The position numbers and the translations under genes are program-made. Shown here one piece after another: positions 11,341-25,385 of a stretch of 64,000 nucleotides of DNA. Numbering within the stretch: position 1 is the stretch's first letter; each line of letters begins with the position of its first letter. The notes below the pieces were generated by a model. That model was not told where the DNA came from. It did not search any database and saw only the letters and a list, made by a program, of their open reading frames with translations. The stretch covers positions 10,593,483 through 10,657,482 of the forward strand of contig CM082582.2 of assembly GCA_040954595.2 (NCBI GenBank). The letters are read 5' to 3'. The DNA is from Balanoglossus misakiensis. Its lineage: Eukaryota; Animalia; Hemichordata.

Positions 11341-14300
11341 ATGGCGGACGACGTAACGCTGAAAGTGATATTGAATCCGAAACGGCGGTCGGCAGGTCGA
11401 TACTACAGGTCACATAGGTACTGTCTATGTTATTAATTATTTATCAAGGTATTCCCCGCGTAGCTTGTACATTCTTCCAGCAGTGGGCCCCATTTTGCCT
11501 TAAAATATGTTATAATCAAACCGGAAGAAGAAAATGGGAGAGCGCCGTAGCAGGTGACGATTGACTTTCTGTTGTAGGTGTTGTGTGGTTTCACCGCATT
11601 GTGTTTTATTTGCATATATCACCATAAAACCCAACAAAAGAAGGGGTTGACCCTACAGTCGGTGATATCCGCCTATCTACCGGTACACGTCAACAGGGCC
11701 GAAATCATGACGGCCTAATATGCGTAAAAGTTCCGTCAAGACCACTGCTGTGTACGTCAGACTGAACCGTGTCAGGTAAATTTATAAACCAATGGCGCCA
11801 CGTAACTATTTTTAAGTGATCAGTGGTTATTTTTAGAATCATTAATATGGATACTGGTTTTGGTGGTGGTGGTAGCACTACTAGTAGAAGGTACATATAC
11901 AGAGAGCGTTTGTGTGATGATCTCCCTGAAAGACTAATATGTAACATAGATATGTCGAAACAGTATGGGGTGCACGTACGTTTGAAATGGACATCAATAA
12001 CAACATTTTAATATCAAATCTGGTAATTTCCATTGGCGGAAGTCAACGTGCCATTTAACTAGCATTTTTAAGGGATAATAACGTAATAGGACGTCCAAAT
12101 ACACGTTTTAACAGATCCAAAAACAGTTGTGAGGAGATTAAATAGCCTATGTTCATGTGTGTGTGGATAGGAATTTATGAAGTCATCTGTTATTTTAAGT
12201 CTTACAATCTCCCAACATTTCAATGGCAGGATCAGTACTGGTTGCTGTATATTGACTAGGGTTAGGGATTAGGTCTGCAACACACATGATTCAGAAGCAA
12301 GGGTGCTTTTAGTAGAGATTGGAGGAAGTACAGTACCCAGCAGGTCATGTAAGTTCAACACAAACTTCCACTATGGCTGTAGTGTTAATTCTGTCAGTCC
12401 CTATGAACAATACTGGAGACAGTTAGGAATTTCACACAACTATAGTCAATTGTGTGGCACCTGATACATGCCATTGAATGTGGCTGTGAAACCTGGCCAG
12501 TTGTCCAGGCTCTGCAGCTGGGCTTATTTTGCATAACATGCAAATGGTTGCTCATGACCTCTGTAAGGTTTATGATTGGTCAGATTTATTCACACCCATT
12601 CCTGATTGGTCAGTCTTTCAGCATACCTTTCATTGTCTTTGTGACACCCCCTTCAGCTTGGCCTGGCAAGGTTGCTTCTGATTAGTCAATACCTTGTCAG
12701 CTCAATCTGATGTTGTCATACTATTTCATAAGTAAAGGTCATGTGTTACTTTGAGAGGTGTTTGATTGGATCAAACCCAGTTTCATTCATGGATGTCTGA
12801 AAATAAAATAACTGCAATGAAAGCCAAAGACATCACTGACCAGACCAGTATATGTAGCTAGTGAAAAATCAACAACAGACAACTGCAGGGATTCTAAATT
12901 TCTGAAAATGCGCCCTCTGTGGTCAGATTAGGTATATGGGCAACGCCTATGGCCATGATGTCTATTTACTATCACATTGTCTCTGTTTGTTCACCAAAAA
13001 ATCCTGACTTTTTTTTGTGTCCTTCAGTGTATTAAACCAAACCATATGTTGAGTTTAAGATGATTGTTGAAAGACAACCCAAATGGACAATGAAAGTGGC
13101 AGATAAAATATGTGAATAGACTTTGCAACCATACGTAAAATTTAATTGCAGTGCACAAAAATTGCCGGAAATTGGAATATCAATTTTATTTAGAGGAGTC
13201 TGATTTGTTTCTAATGTTTGTTAGGTTACTGGTTATATTAAGTAACAGGTCATAATGTGAACAGTGTCACTGAATGCAAGAACGACAGTCAATGACAAAT
13301 TGTCAAAATGCTAATTTCAGCTAGAAATATGACAATTAGATTGATGGCAGAATATAATGAATTCCGCTGGTTAAGAATATACCATAACATTGACAGGGGT
13401 GGTTCTCCAGAGAAGTGTTGGGGGTGTCACAATTGCATACATGTATTTCCTAAAATTTGAAAAAAAAAGAATAAATAAATTTTGCATGGTTATTTTGTGC
13501 TTGCCCTGTTGTGATTTTTAAAGAAGCTTCAAAATTTAAAATCAGTGGGTGTGTCTGTCAGTTGGTTGGTTAGGCAGTTCTGCCTCCCCCAGTGGAAAAA
13601 ATGGAATGTGCCACAAACATGAACGTTCATGTAGCCCACGTATCACTTGTTACACGATGTTGAATTCCGTCCGTCAATCCGGGCCGATCCCGACCACAAT
13701 ATCCAGTTGACTGTCCGCGGAAATCTGTGAAAAGGACTAGCTGTCTTGTGCTGGAATTTTCTGTCTTTGCACTTTGTCTTTTTTTCGTGGGTTTCCCTTT
13801 CGAAAAGGTTTTTGTGTGTGTATCTGTCTGGGTCGTAGCGATTCACCATCCCGCAGTGTGTCAAGCCACAGACATCTGTTACCACGGCAAGCTGGTAAGC
13901 AGACATGTAATTAAAATAGCATTTTTCATCTACATTTATAAAGAAATATATTTATATTAATTTTTCTTGCTAAAAAAATGTATGTAGCTGAGTGTGCATA
14001 TATTAAGCTGTAAATTAATTTTTCACTAAATAATTCCTTGCTATTCTGTATATTTTTCTGATTAATCAAAATACTGCCAAGCCCATCTTGTCAGCGTGAC
14101 AGTGTTTAATTTACAACCCGTGTGAAGGTGTATTTTTAACTCCGCCAGGGGAAATGAGAAAATTTCTCTGCCATATGTAAATTACTCACAGGAAATGCGA
14201 ATCAGCCATCCTGATTAAAATTAAGTGCACCTTTTTTGTCAAAATTCTTTGATAGTTTAATCCCCTTATATATGTTGATCTGATTATATTGTCAACATAT

Positions 14301-17300
14301 TTACAGACTTTGAAACAACATAACAATGTCTAAATCTAATATCAAAGGACAACAGTGTCAATAATTTCTGTTAGCTTCATGTCAATATTATGGCAAGGTG
14401 TAAGTTGGACATTATATTTGTCCACCCAACCCAAAGTGACCCATGACAAAATTTAGCGGAGGCTTTCCCAACTAAATTTCCCAAATACAAAATACAATGT
14501 GGGGCACCCTTTCAGATAGAGTTCGGGGGTCGAGGTGACATACCTTTTTTTTAAAATTCCTGAGCCACTTGAAAGCCTGGTCGTTTAAATAACATGCAAC
14601 AAGGTACCAGTAGAAAAATCGTTTCTAAAATACGAATATGTACCGGTAAAATATGTGCATGTGCATGCATAACATCGGGGCGTTTTTGTGCAGGTCTAGA
14701 AGATGAATAATGTACATATGCCTTCAGATAATGTGGCCATGTCTGAGATTCAGAATTAAAGTTTAAATATTTTTTGCAGGTGACAAGCAAGCAGTTAATC
14801 AAAACCATTTTTTTACTAGGTACAGATGTACTATCTTGTTACAAATATGGTGCATTGTTATAAATATGGTGCATACAAATTATTCTGTGTCTAATTTTAA
14901 TTTTAATCTGCTGTTGGTTGACACAGCACAGGTGCAGTCTTTGCTCATTAGCTATGTTCTTGTGACATAATTTTGGGATCAGAAACAACAGGATTTGGTC
15001 AAAAAAGTTCATTAATGATTAAATTCTGAAAAAATGGAGATATTACAATTGTGTCTTGCAACAACATCTCTAGACTTCCCTTATAAGGAGTTCTTGGAGA
15101 AACAGCTAAATTTGCATACATCATTTCCCAGTCATTGCATTAGCAGATGGGTGTGTTTGCTTTGCTTGTACATTGTACAGTTTAACATTATTTTTTTAAT
15201 TGTAGTACATGTATCTGACTAGGGTCTTAAAGATTGTGCCTGCCAGGGAGTAGTAGATATTTATTTGCGTTCTTTCTTGTAATACTGATACTTAGAATTA
15301 TAATACATGAAGAATTATGACATCACTGTCAGGATAAATTTGAATGGACCTGAAATGATTTACAAGACATCTTTGTGCAGATGGCACTTACAACCTGCCT
15401 GCAGCAGTCTCACAAGACTGTTCCTGATTGGTCAACTTGGGTCTCCAAACAGGTGCACACCCAGGTGTATGATCATAAACATGTAAATGCCCCTTCAATT
15501 CTCAGCTCAGTTCTCCTTTGTAAAGAGCTTCTTTCCGCCTCTTCACAGATTCACTTCAGAAGATGATTCCTCGTCCTTAGACGAAGTGCCGCTAATGATG
15601 TCAGAGGACGGGTTCGACAGCGAAAACGAAAGTTTAACACGGCGCAGGAAACAGCACAGAAGCTATGGCAGTCGTCTGGCCTGGTGCCTGTGCTGTGGAT
15701 GGAAAGACAACCTCTTCAGGTAACGGTGCATTTCACTGAAGTAGCTATTACCCGAAAAACATTTCTGACCTACAGAATTTCTCCCTGTTGTCCATAGCAG
15801 TTACTAGTATTTACCGCAAACACTCCATGCTCCTGTCATTTCAACTATAAAAAGCCAATGTGAGAAACATATAATCATAAATGCAATTTTGATTATATCA
15901 TGGCTGTTCTCCTTTCAACTGTCATTTGCACAAACAATCATAGGGGGGGGGGGGGGGGGGCACACAACAGAGTGCTTCAGAACCTGTTGATGCCTGCTTT
16001 GGTTTTTTTTTGTTGCCGGTATGCATGCCGCATTTTTTCAGGTGTTATGGGCAAATATAATAGACAAGTGTGTGCTTAATAAATCGTTTGTCCGTGGTCA
16101 ATGAACAAAGGCCTCATTGTCGGATAAGTCTCTTTCCCGTAAGTGGGGTTGTTGGCCGAGGGATTGGTGTGTGGCCCCACATAGAGACCCTCTTTAAGTT
16201 TGTCTCAAGTTGTCATGAAAGACCTGATTCATTCATTGGTCACCCCATCTGCTGGCAATGTTGCAGGAGACTATGCTTGTGTATATTTGAAAAGAAAACA
16301 CTCATTAAAAGACTGAGAGACCCACATATTGAAGGCCTGGAGGCAGACATGTTAAATGAGAATGTCATTTTATGATTCAGTTTTTTTTTACATCTTCTCT
16401 TTTCCCCACACACAGTTATCTCGATTCCCTGAAGAAAAGATGCTTCAAGCCGAAGGAATTGAAGTCCAGAACAGTAGCCATTGGAAAGAGGGCAGTCTTT
16501 CAACAGAAACATGCGCCAAATATTATACGAAATCAGAAGTACAGTGTTATTACATTTATTCCATTGGTGAGTTAGTTACAACAATTGAAACAAATCAAAT
16601 CTATCAAGTCAATCTACATGTAGATTATTTTCAGTGACCTTTTTTTCTAAAATGATGCATTTATTCTTGAGTAGGCAGCGCTCCATTCCGATCGCTCTGC
16701 TGCATAAATTAGTCAGTCTGTCAGCATCCAGCCATCCATAATTTATTCTCGCGATCTGTCTAGAAACTGAGCTGAGTTTGCCTTCTGCATCTTGAAGACG
16801 TTGAATCAATCTTCAGCAAATTTAACAGCAAGGCATTTCACTAGCCTGCTAGTCATAACAAATTCTTATCCAGTGTCTAAGTACACTGAAGAAAATCCAT
16901 CCATACTTACATTATGTCTTATTCTGTTTATTTTTTTTTCAGGTGCTTTTTAATCAGTTCAAGTTCTTTCTTAACTTGTATTTCCTCATAGTCGCACTTT
17001 CACAATTTATACCAGCAGTTAGGATTGGTTATTTATATACATACTGGCTTCCGTTGGTAAGATTCCATTTTTTTATTCGCCATGTCTTATCCTTCGTCCT
17101 GTGATGTAAAATGCATTGTTGTGTGTACTCTATTGTAAGTTTCACAAGATACATATCTAGATAAACTACCTCTGAATGATGAAAATATAACCGTCCCCAT
17201 CGCATGTGTGTAACCATGTTTGTGTCCTGTTGCAGGGTTTTGTCATTTTTGTAACCATGTGCCGAGAGGCAGTGGACGACTTTAGGCGGTTTCGACGAGA

Positions 17301-20300
17301 CAGAGAGGTCAACAGTCAGCTGTACAGCAAACTCACCAAAGAAGGAATCATCAAGATACCAAGTTCCGCCATCAAAGTGTCTGATATCATTTTTGTGGAA
17401 AAGGTTAGTGGGACTTGAAAATTGCTGTGGTTTTTACAAGCAGCCATCTTCAGTAAAGGATAATGCACATGCTGACCGAAATATGAATGTTGTTTACTGC
17501 GTGTGTTCAAATTCAAAATATTGCAAGTAAATAGGTCCTGTTAATGTTTTAAACACCGTAATAGATGTCACCTTGAAACAACATCATTCTAATATAATAT
17601 ATAACATTTTGAAGGAATTTACATATTTTGTGTTTTTTTTCCAGTTCATGATTTAGAAAGTGGTAAGAGTATTTGCACAAGCCAATACATAGACACTCTA
17701 ATCGCGGTAACCAAAGTAACGCAATTGTTCTTTTGTGCATTTTATTTTTGATAGGATCAGCGGGTGCCAGCTGACATGGTGTTTCTACGCACGACAGAAA
17801 AATCCGGTAAGACTCAATAACACTGCAGCTGATGTCGGATTTATTAAAAGAAAAAAGAGGCAAATCTATGCCCCTGGTTCTAGTGTTAGGTGTGACCTCG
17901 CTGTCTGCATATTAGGCGTGAATGCATAATTTAGTTCTCACTGATAATTTTCATAATTTATGGTCCTGCTGAAGTGAATTTCTGTGCACATTTGTGCGTT
18001 CCTATTGCACTCTATTAGTACACATAGTTTTCATGTTTTGAATTGGCTTATATACTGTATTTTTCTGTAAAAGCATTAATTTTCATGGGATTTAAATTCA
18101 CTGTTTTAATGTCTGGAAATGTTTATTGAAACTTTTTTTCCTTTTTTGTATCTAGGATCATGTTTCATCCGTACCGATCAGCTAGATGGTGAGACCGATT
18201 GGAAACTGAGACTAGCAGTGACACCATGTCAGAGACTACCGACTAATCGAGTAAGTCCCCCTCTATTGGCGAAGAGAGGACTGTTTTGTCATTCTGTGTT
18301 CTGGCTTGGAGTAGCCATCTTCATGTATGCCATCATAAATGTGTCAAGTATCGTGAAACAAAGTCATGGCGTTATCTTGTGTCAAAAAGACAATCATACA
18401 CAAGTACACTGTTGGAAAATAGCATTTTTGATGTTTAAAAAAATGGCACCCTTCTCATTGCAGGACCTGTTTGAGATTTCAGCAGAAATCTTCGCTGAGA
18501 AACCACAGAAGGATATTTACAGTTTTGTAGGCACGTTTTCCAGATACGACGATGGTAGGGAAGAGTTTCCACTCTCGACCGAGAATACACTATGGGCTGA
18601 CACAGTAGTTGCTTCAGGTAAGCATATTGGAATAATCAGAATTGTGTGTGAGTCTGTATTTTTTAAGCTTCAAGGTAGAAGTACAGATGTTGAATAACAA
18701 ATATGGTGTGTGAGACACAATGTGAATGTTTAGTTATGTGCTTTGTGTTTGGTTTCTCCAGGTACTGCCATCGGAGCAGTCATTTACACAGGAAGAGAGA
18801 CCAGGGCAGTGATGAACACATCCAGACCGGCGGCCAAAGTTGGACTGCTTGACCTGGAGGTCAACACCCAAACCAAAGTGCTCTTTGTGGCTACAGTGCT
18901 CCTGTCCTTGACTTTGATCGCCCTCAAGGTCAGTATAGCTGCCACCAGTGAAAATTATGCATTTACATCTAGTACTGAGTCTTTCATATTGACACACAAA
19001 AATACACAAATTAACAATGTGATATTTTTCTTATTTCAGGGTTTCACTGGTCTCTGGTACAGATACTTCTTTCGCTTTGTTCTTCTCTTTTCGTCCATTA
19101 TTCCACTGAGGTGAGTAAAGCCAAGGCTTTGAAAGATCTAAATTATCTGTAAAATGTGAAATACAAGAGGAAAGTATACATTGTACATCAGTATAAAGCC
19201 AATGATTGAGTGCTCATATTTGATTCTATTTTTTCAGTTTACGTGTCAATCTTGACATGGGAAAGATGGTGTACTCATTCATGATCCAGCGGGACAAGGA
19301 GATTCCGGAAACGGTGGTCAGATCGACTACTATCCCGGAAGAACTTGGCAGGATCCAGTATGTGCTATCGGACAAAACAGGAACACTAACTCAAAATGAC
19401 ATGGTATGTTGTGTAGTAGTATGTTCATAATGTACTTCAATATGGGATCCCTTTTTTTATATGGACAGTATTTGAACATGTAAACCATTCATTAGGGGTA
19501 AATTTTGTGACTTCAATATGGAAAGGGGAAAAATTTTCATCACTAAACTATATCTCTCTGTTATCCCAGGTGTTTAAGAGGCTACATCTTGGCACAGTGT
19601 CATTCGGCCAAGATTCCGTCGATGAGGTCATCAGTCACGTACGAACATACTACATGCAGCAGGGTACGGGCACCACAACCTTAACGCCGACCAAACGATC
19701 AAGCGCCGTGAGACGCACCATCGTGTCCCGGACCCATGAGGCAGTCAAAGCGCTGGCTCTCTGTCACAATGTTACCCCGGTGTACGAGGAAAATGGCATC
19801 GCAGAGAACGGTTCCTTACCGGGCGATAAAATGTCTGAGGCGGTTGTCACCTACCAAGCTGCCAGCCCAGATGAGGTAATAATCTGTTTTTACTGAAATT
19901 TGCATTAGTCAGTCCACTTTTGTCCGATTTTTTTTCCTGCCAAAATAATAATGAACATTTTAGTAGCTGTTTCAAAAGGAAGATACATAATTATTTTTGT
20001 AGAAATTGTAATTTTTCTGTGGTTTGTAATTATTTCAGGTCGCTCTAGTGAATTGGACTGAGCTGGTCGGCTTGACCTTGGTGGAACGCGATCTGACCTC
20101 CATGCAGCTACGGACTCCTCTGAACACCATCCACACATTTACAATCTTGCAGTTGTTTCCGTTCACCTCAGAGAGAAAGAGAATGGGTATCATTTTGAGG
20201 GTGAGTTGAACCCTTTCCTCCCCCATTTATCTGTGTATGGATCAGACCATGCTGTTGAAAACGATAGGGTCGAACCATTGGGTAGACGTGAGAGAGGGTG

Positions 20301-23300
20301 TATTATATAGCCGATCTTATAGCCTTGTCCACTGGATGAGAAATGAATATTCAAATTTAAATGGCTGGTTGGTTTGATTTCAGCTTTCTTTATGCAGCGA
20401 TTATAATTTCTTATGTTATTTTTCCTGTAATTTTTCACAGGAGGAGAGTACTGGTGAAATCATCTTTTACATGAAAGGTGCCGATGTCGTGATGGGTAAC
20501 ATTGTGCAGTACAATGACTGGTTGGATGAAGAGGTTAGTTGGTTTCAGTGATAACAGCATGTTGAATTGCTTGTTAAATTTTTCAATTGAAACAGGATTT
20601 AAAGGCACTCACTCACATTTTTTCTCTCACTCTCTCTAGTGTGGAAACATGGCCAGAGAGGGTCTCAGAACACTAGTGGTTGCCAAGAAACGACTGACAG
20701 AAGAACAATACAATGATTTTGAGGTGAGTAGCTGCCAGAAAATATTACCAAAGAACATTGTCATTCAAAGGTGTTTTCCTACTGATGTTTTGAAATCTAA
20801 ATCGTAAAATTGGCAGACCAGTTTTTTGATGTGCACAATGTGATAAGTCAAAGGAGAGTTTTCTGGAATTTTTTTTTCATTTTGAACTTCCATCCGCAGA
20901 TGAGATACAACCAGGCCAAACTGAGCATTCAAGATCGAACGTCTAAAGTAGCAGCGGTGGAAGAGAGTTTAGAGAGAGACATGGAGTTGCTTTGCATCAC
21001 AGGGGTGGAGGACAAGCTTCAAGTCGATGTCAGACCCACACTTGAACTGCTTCGAAACGCTGGCATCAAAGTAAGTAGTTCAGTTCAGCATCTGTGTTAT
21101 ATCAACAGGGTAATTATATTTTACAGAGAAAGATGACTCCCGATTTGCTGAATGCAGGATTTTGAGCCAATGACAGCTGTTGTACCATTGTCTGATTGTC
21201 CCCCTTCAGGTATGGATGTTGACAGGGGACAAGCTGGAAACCGCCACGTGCATCGCCAAAAGTTCAAGGCTGGTCTCCAGAACTCAAGACGTTCACATCT
21301 TCAGGAATGTCCTCAACAGAACAGACGCCCATTTGGAGTTGAACGCTTTCAGACGAAAAAGTGACTGTGCCTTAGTCATCAAAGGAGATGATATGGATGT
21401 AAGTTTTCATCTATTCCACCTCACGGCCGAATTTTAAAAACGTAAAGTCACACAAGTCTGCTGACTTGGATTATAACAACAGGGCATGTTGAAGGAGACA
21501 AAAGTTCTTCCAAGTGTTTAACACAACTTATTTCTCCCCAAAACAGGTGTGTCTGCAGTATTATGAACATGAGTTCATGGAGTTGGCATGCCAGTGTCCA
21601 GCCGTGGTCTGCTGCAGGTGTTCACCAACACAGAAAGCGGACATTGTACAGTTGATCAAGACACACACCAACAAACGCACATGTGCAATAGGTATGGCTG
21701 TTTGTTGGCCCTTTTATGTGTACTGGAAATTACTGAGTATGATTTGAAGCTCTGCATAATTATTCACTTACGTATTTTTCGATTTTTCAATTTCATTGTA
21801 GGGGACGGTGGCAATGATGTCAGTATGATTCAAGTAGCAGATGCAGGTATTGGTATTGTTGGCAAGGTAAGTTGTCATGACAACCTATGGCCACCATACC
21901 ATCCTCTGGTCGACATTTAATAGCTTTTTTGAATATTTAACAAACTACACAGGAAAGTTGTGTTGAGTTCTGATAGGCTTCTCAAAAGTTAATGGGTAAT
22001 AAGCAGGAAAGATACAAATTCTTAGCATTGACAATGCCTATGCAAACTATAGCCACTGACCATCGATGTCTTTCTCCTTTGACAGGAAGGAAGACAGGCC
22101 TCGCTAGCGGCCGATTTCTCCATCACCCAATTCAAACACGTCGGTCGATTACTTATGGTTCACGGGAGAAACAGTTACAAGCGATCAGCAACACTCAGTC
22201 ACTTTGTGATGCATCGTGGTCTCATCATATCAGTCATGCAGGCCATATTCTCTTCGGTTTTCTACTTATCTTCCATCGCGCTGTATCAGGGTTTCTTGAC
22301 AGTCGGGTGAGTTGAAAATAATCTAGTGTGTCAAGAGTTCAAGTTAATGCACCGTTTTGTCTGGCAAATGTGTGTATGTGTGTGTTTCGATTTGATGAAC
22401 TTCATGGCCGATTGTTGATACAGATTGTTTGCAGTTTGGTAGTGCTGTCTCAGGACATAAAAATGTCCAAGTCATAACTCATCAGAAAGGTTAAAACACT
22501 CAAATGTTAATTCTGTTTCTGCTTTTTCAGATACGCCACTGTTTACACCATGTTTCCTGTGTTCTCGCTGGTGTTAGATGAAGATGTCAGTGCAGAAACC
22601 GCGATGCTTTATCCAGAGTTGTACAAAGATTTATGCAAGGTGAGCCCATCATCTGAACATAATATTTCTTTCTCCATTTTAAATGCTGCCTTTGGGTATC
22701 CCAGGTGTTCACCTGAAAATTGATTTCTTGTCATTTGATTGGCTATTGCAAAACAATCCAGTTTTATGTGGATCTACATATTTATTCCAACAAGGTCAAG
22801 AACGCCCTTTTCAGATGTTTTAATGCAGTAGTTCTTTTCATTATTTCAGGGTCGAGAGCTGTCATTCAAGATGTTTTATCTCTGGATCGTCATAAGCATC
22901 TACCAGGGAAGCATCAACATGTACGGCGCTCTGTTGCTCTTTGAAGACGAGTTCATCCACATTGTGGCCATATCATTCACTTCCCTGATCCTGACAGAGC
23001 TGTTGATGGTCGCCTTGACGATACGAACCTGGCACTGGCTGATGATCGCAGCCGAATTTCTGAGTCTCGTGATTTATATTTCATCGCTGTTTATCTTCAA
23101 GGATTACTTTGGTGAGTACTGGTAGTTTTTTTGGCTCTGTGTGTGCCCACCTCTCTGTCTCTCTGTTTCACAGTTTGTGTCTCTGTGTTTTTCATTCTCT
23201 CTCTCTAATCTCCTTGTCTCATTGTCTTGCTGTAAAAATAAGATGTTTTCTCTTTTCTCAATTAGATCCCGCGTTCTTTCTGACATGGACGTTTGTTTGG

Positions 23301-23399
23301 AAAGTAGTGGTCATAACGCTCATCAGCTGTGTACCACTGTACATTCTGAAATATCTTCGGAGGCGGTTCTCCCCACCGAGTTACTCCAAACTGACATAG
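11341..23399 (+). CDS. ATP9B: Probable phospholipid-transporting P4-ATPase class II (ATP9B/Neo1-like)
   Basis: Exons: 11341-11417, 15549-15719, 16416-16566, 16943-17056, 17236-17403, 17755-17806, 18156-18250, 18464-18617, 18762-18928, 19040-19110, 19238-19403, 19570-19875, 20039-20200, 20441-20533, 20640-20723, 20900-21070, 21210-21398, 21547-21691, 21802-21866, 22086-22306, 22531-22639, 22850-23111, 23266-23399. Motifs: [13 protein letters not shown] (ATP9B-type N-terminus), [20 protein letters not shown] (phosphorylation site), [22 protein letters not shown]-terminal [12 protein letters not shown]. The invertebrate gene is probably co-orthologous to ATP9A and ATP9B. Confidence 0.95.
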
Positions 23400-25385
23400 G
23401 AAAGAAACAGCAAACAAATAATGACCAGCAAAGATCAAAGCGAGGTTGTCCGCCATCTTGGATCGATACTAAATTCAGACAACTCACCAAACAGTGCCAT
23501 CGAGCCTGAACTTGTGGAATAGTTTGTATGAAATCATGACCTCAAAGTTTATTTTATACCCAAGGACAATTGCTGATATTTTGGGTTTATTATAAACAGA
23601 CAAACGAGAATATTTTTTTGTTTGGAAAGATCACCTGAAACTTTTCAGAACCATAGGAAAAAAGTTTGTAAATATCTCTGAAAACAGTTTTAGGGGAAGT
23701 GTGATTAACAGCTTTTATAAAAAATATAATTGTAATAAATATTGCTTTTCCAATCTTTCAGATCTACATGTAACGAGAAAATATGTAACTATATTGTATT
23801 GTATTTTTCCTGTACAACCAGGACTGATATTGGAACTGCAGTCATGTAGGATTTGTTGTGTAGTACTGGGCCAGTCAATGCATGATCTTTTAGAAGTTTA
23901 AACAAAGATTGTTCCGGTGTTATATTGGCAAGTTTGAGCCAGCACCACAGTTTGTAAATTGTATTTCTAAACAAGATAGTTATTTGGCAACGAGTGTTTT
24001 GGATTTTTACAGGCTATGGCGTGCAATGCAGCGCAGCCATTTGTTGCAGGAGTGGTTTGACCATAGCATGCAATGCAACCAAAAAATCAAATTTTGTAAC
24101 TTATGATAGTTGTATCACCCTCTATGGTCATGTATGACATAACGTGTAGTGCAGTGCGTTATATAACCAGTCGATTTGCCGAACACAGATTCCATTTTAG
24201 TTGACAATGCAGATGTAAAATGCAGCAACAGTTTTTTCTCGCATTAACTGTTGTTGGTGTACTTTAAAATATTCAGGTCGTTTTTTTCTACCGGATAAAT
24301 GTTAGAGTAGGGTTAGTAAATTTATCCCCAGCAGATTCCACACTTCAGATGCTTGATATGGTTTTGTCGCATTTTCTAAATGAAAATCGTGAAGTGTGAA
24401 AAATTAAGTACAATATGAAATGTATGCTAATTTTAAAATCGGTAATTCTTTTCATATAGGTAGAGACGTGTGCACTAGTGTCGATGGATCTGAAATCTTT
24501 TTAATTGTGTACACTTCATCAACGATGTTTAAAGCTTGAAGGAAAGAAATGTACAATACTGCTGCGGTAGCAATAAAATCCATTACGAAGGAGATTTTGT
24601 TGTACGAGTTCCTTTGATTGATTTATGTGTGTGTATTTTATTTTTATCAATTTGCAGTGATAAAAGCAAGAAAAGTGACAAAGTATTGAATCCCATTCAA
24701 AAGCCTGAGCTGCAAAAGCCATAGCACCAACAGACGATGTGTAAATTATTGGCAGTGGTATAAATTATTCACTGTTGTCACAAGCGAAAAAAGGACCTCA
24801 AAAGTTTAGCACCAATCCCATGCTACCAAGGTGACAAATTGTATACACCTTCAAAAATTGAAAACATTTTTTTCATCCATCTATATACATACAAGAAGTA
24901 AGGTGACTATACACTTCAAAATACATATTCACCAAAATACATTGAAACCATGTACAAACTAGCTTCCACAATATGTTGACCGATAAACATGAAACTCTAC
25001 AAATACAACAGTTTGAAGAAATGTTGATTTGATTACTACAGTAAATGTAAATGGTGAGATATGTCCTAACATGGTATGAAAAACAGTCACACCAACACGG
25101 TAAGTCTTTAACCCTTTTATATCAGTTTTGTATGTATGTATGTATGATCTACACTGCAGTCATGTATAACCTATTACAGTTTTAAAGTGTGTAGCAATTT
25201 CTTCAGATATACATATATAATATGCAGTGTAATGTCTATTAGAAGATGCATCATGCATCAGTGGTGTAAATATTAGAAAAGTCAAATTGACATTGCCATT
25301 TGACTTCAAGTGATTTGTTGCTTTGTGCGTCTCTGTTGATGTCCAATTTTTGTTGAGTTTTTGTCCTATGTCTGTTGAGAAGTTT

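Noticed and set aside
12540-12700. Cluster of (C)TGATTGG CCAAT-box-like motifs in ATP9B intron 1
   Set aside because: No associated exon, TIR or start-site evidence; cannot distinguish an enhancer from a decayed repeat.
13839-13894. Possible extra ATP9B exon ending in CTG|GTAAGC
   Set aside because: 56 bp with incompatible phase; only a weak GC donor at 13887 would keep frame. It could be a non-coding or poison exon, but I cannot support that.
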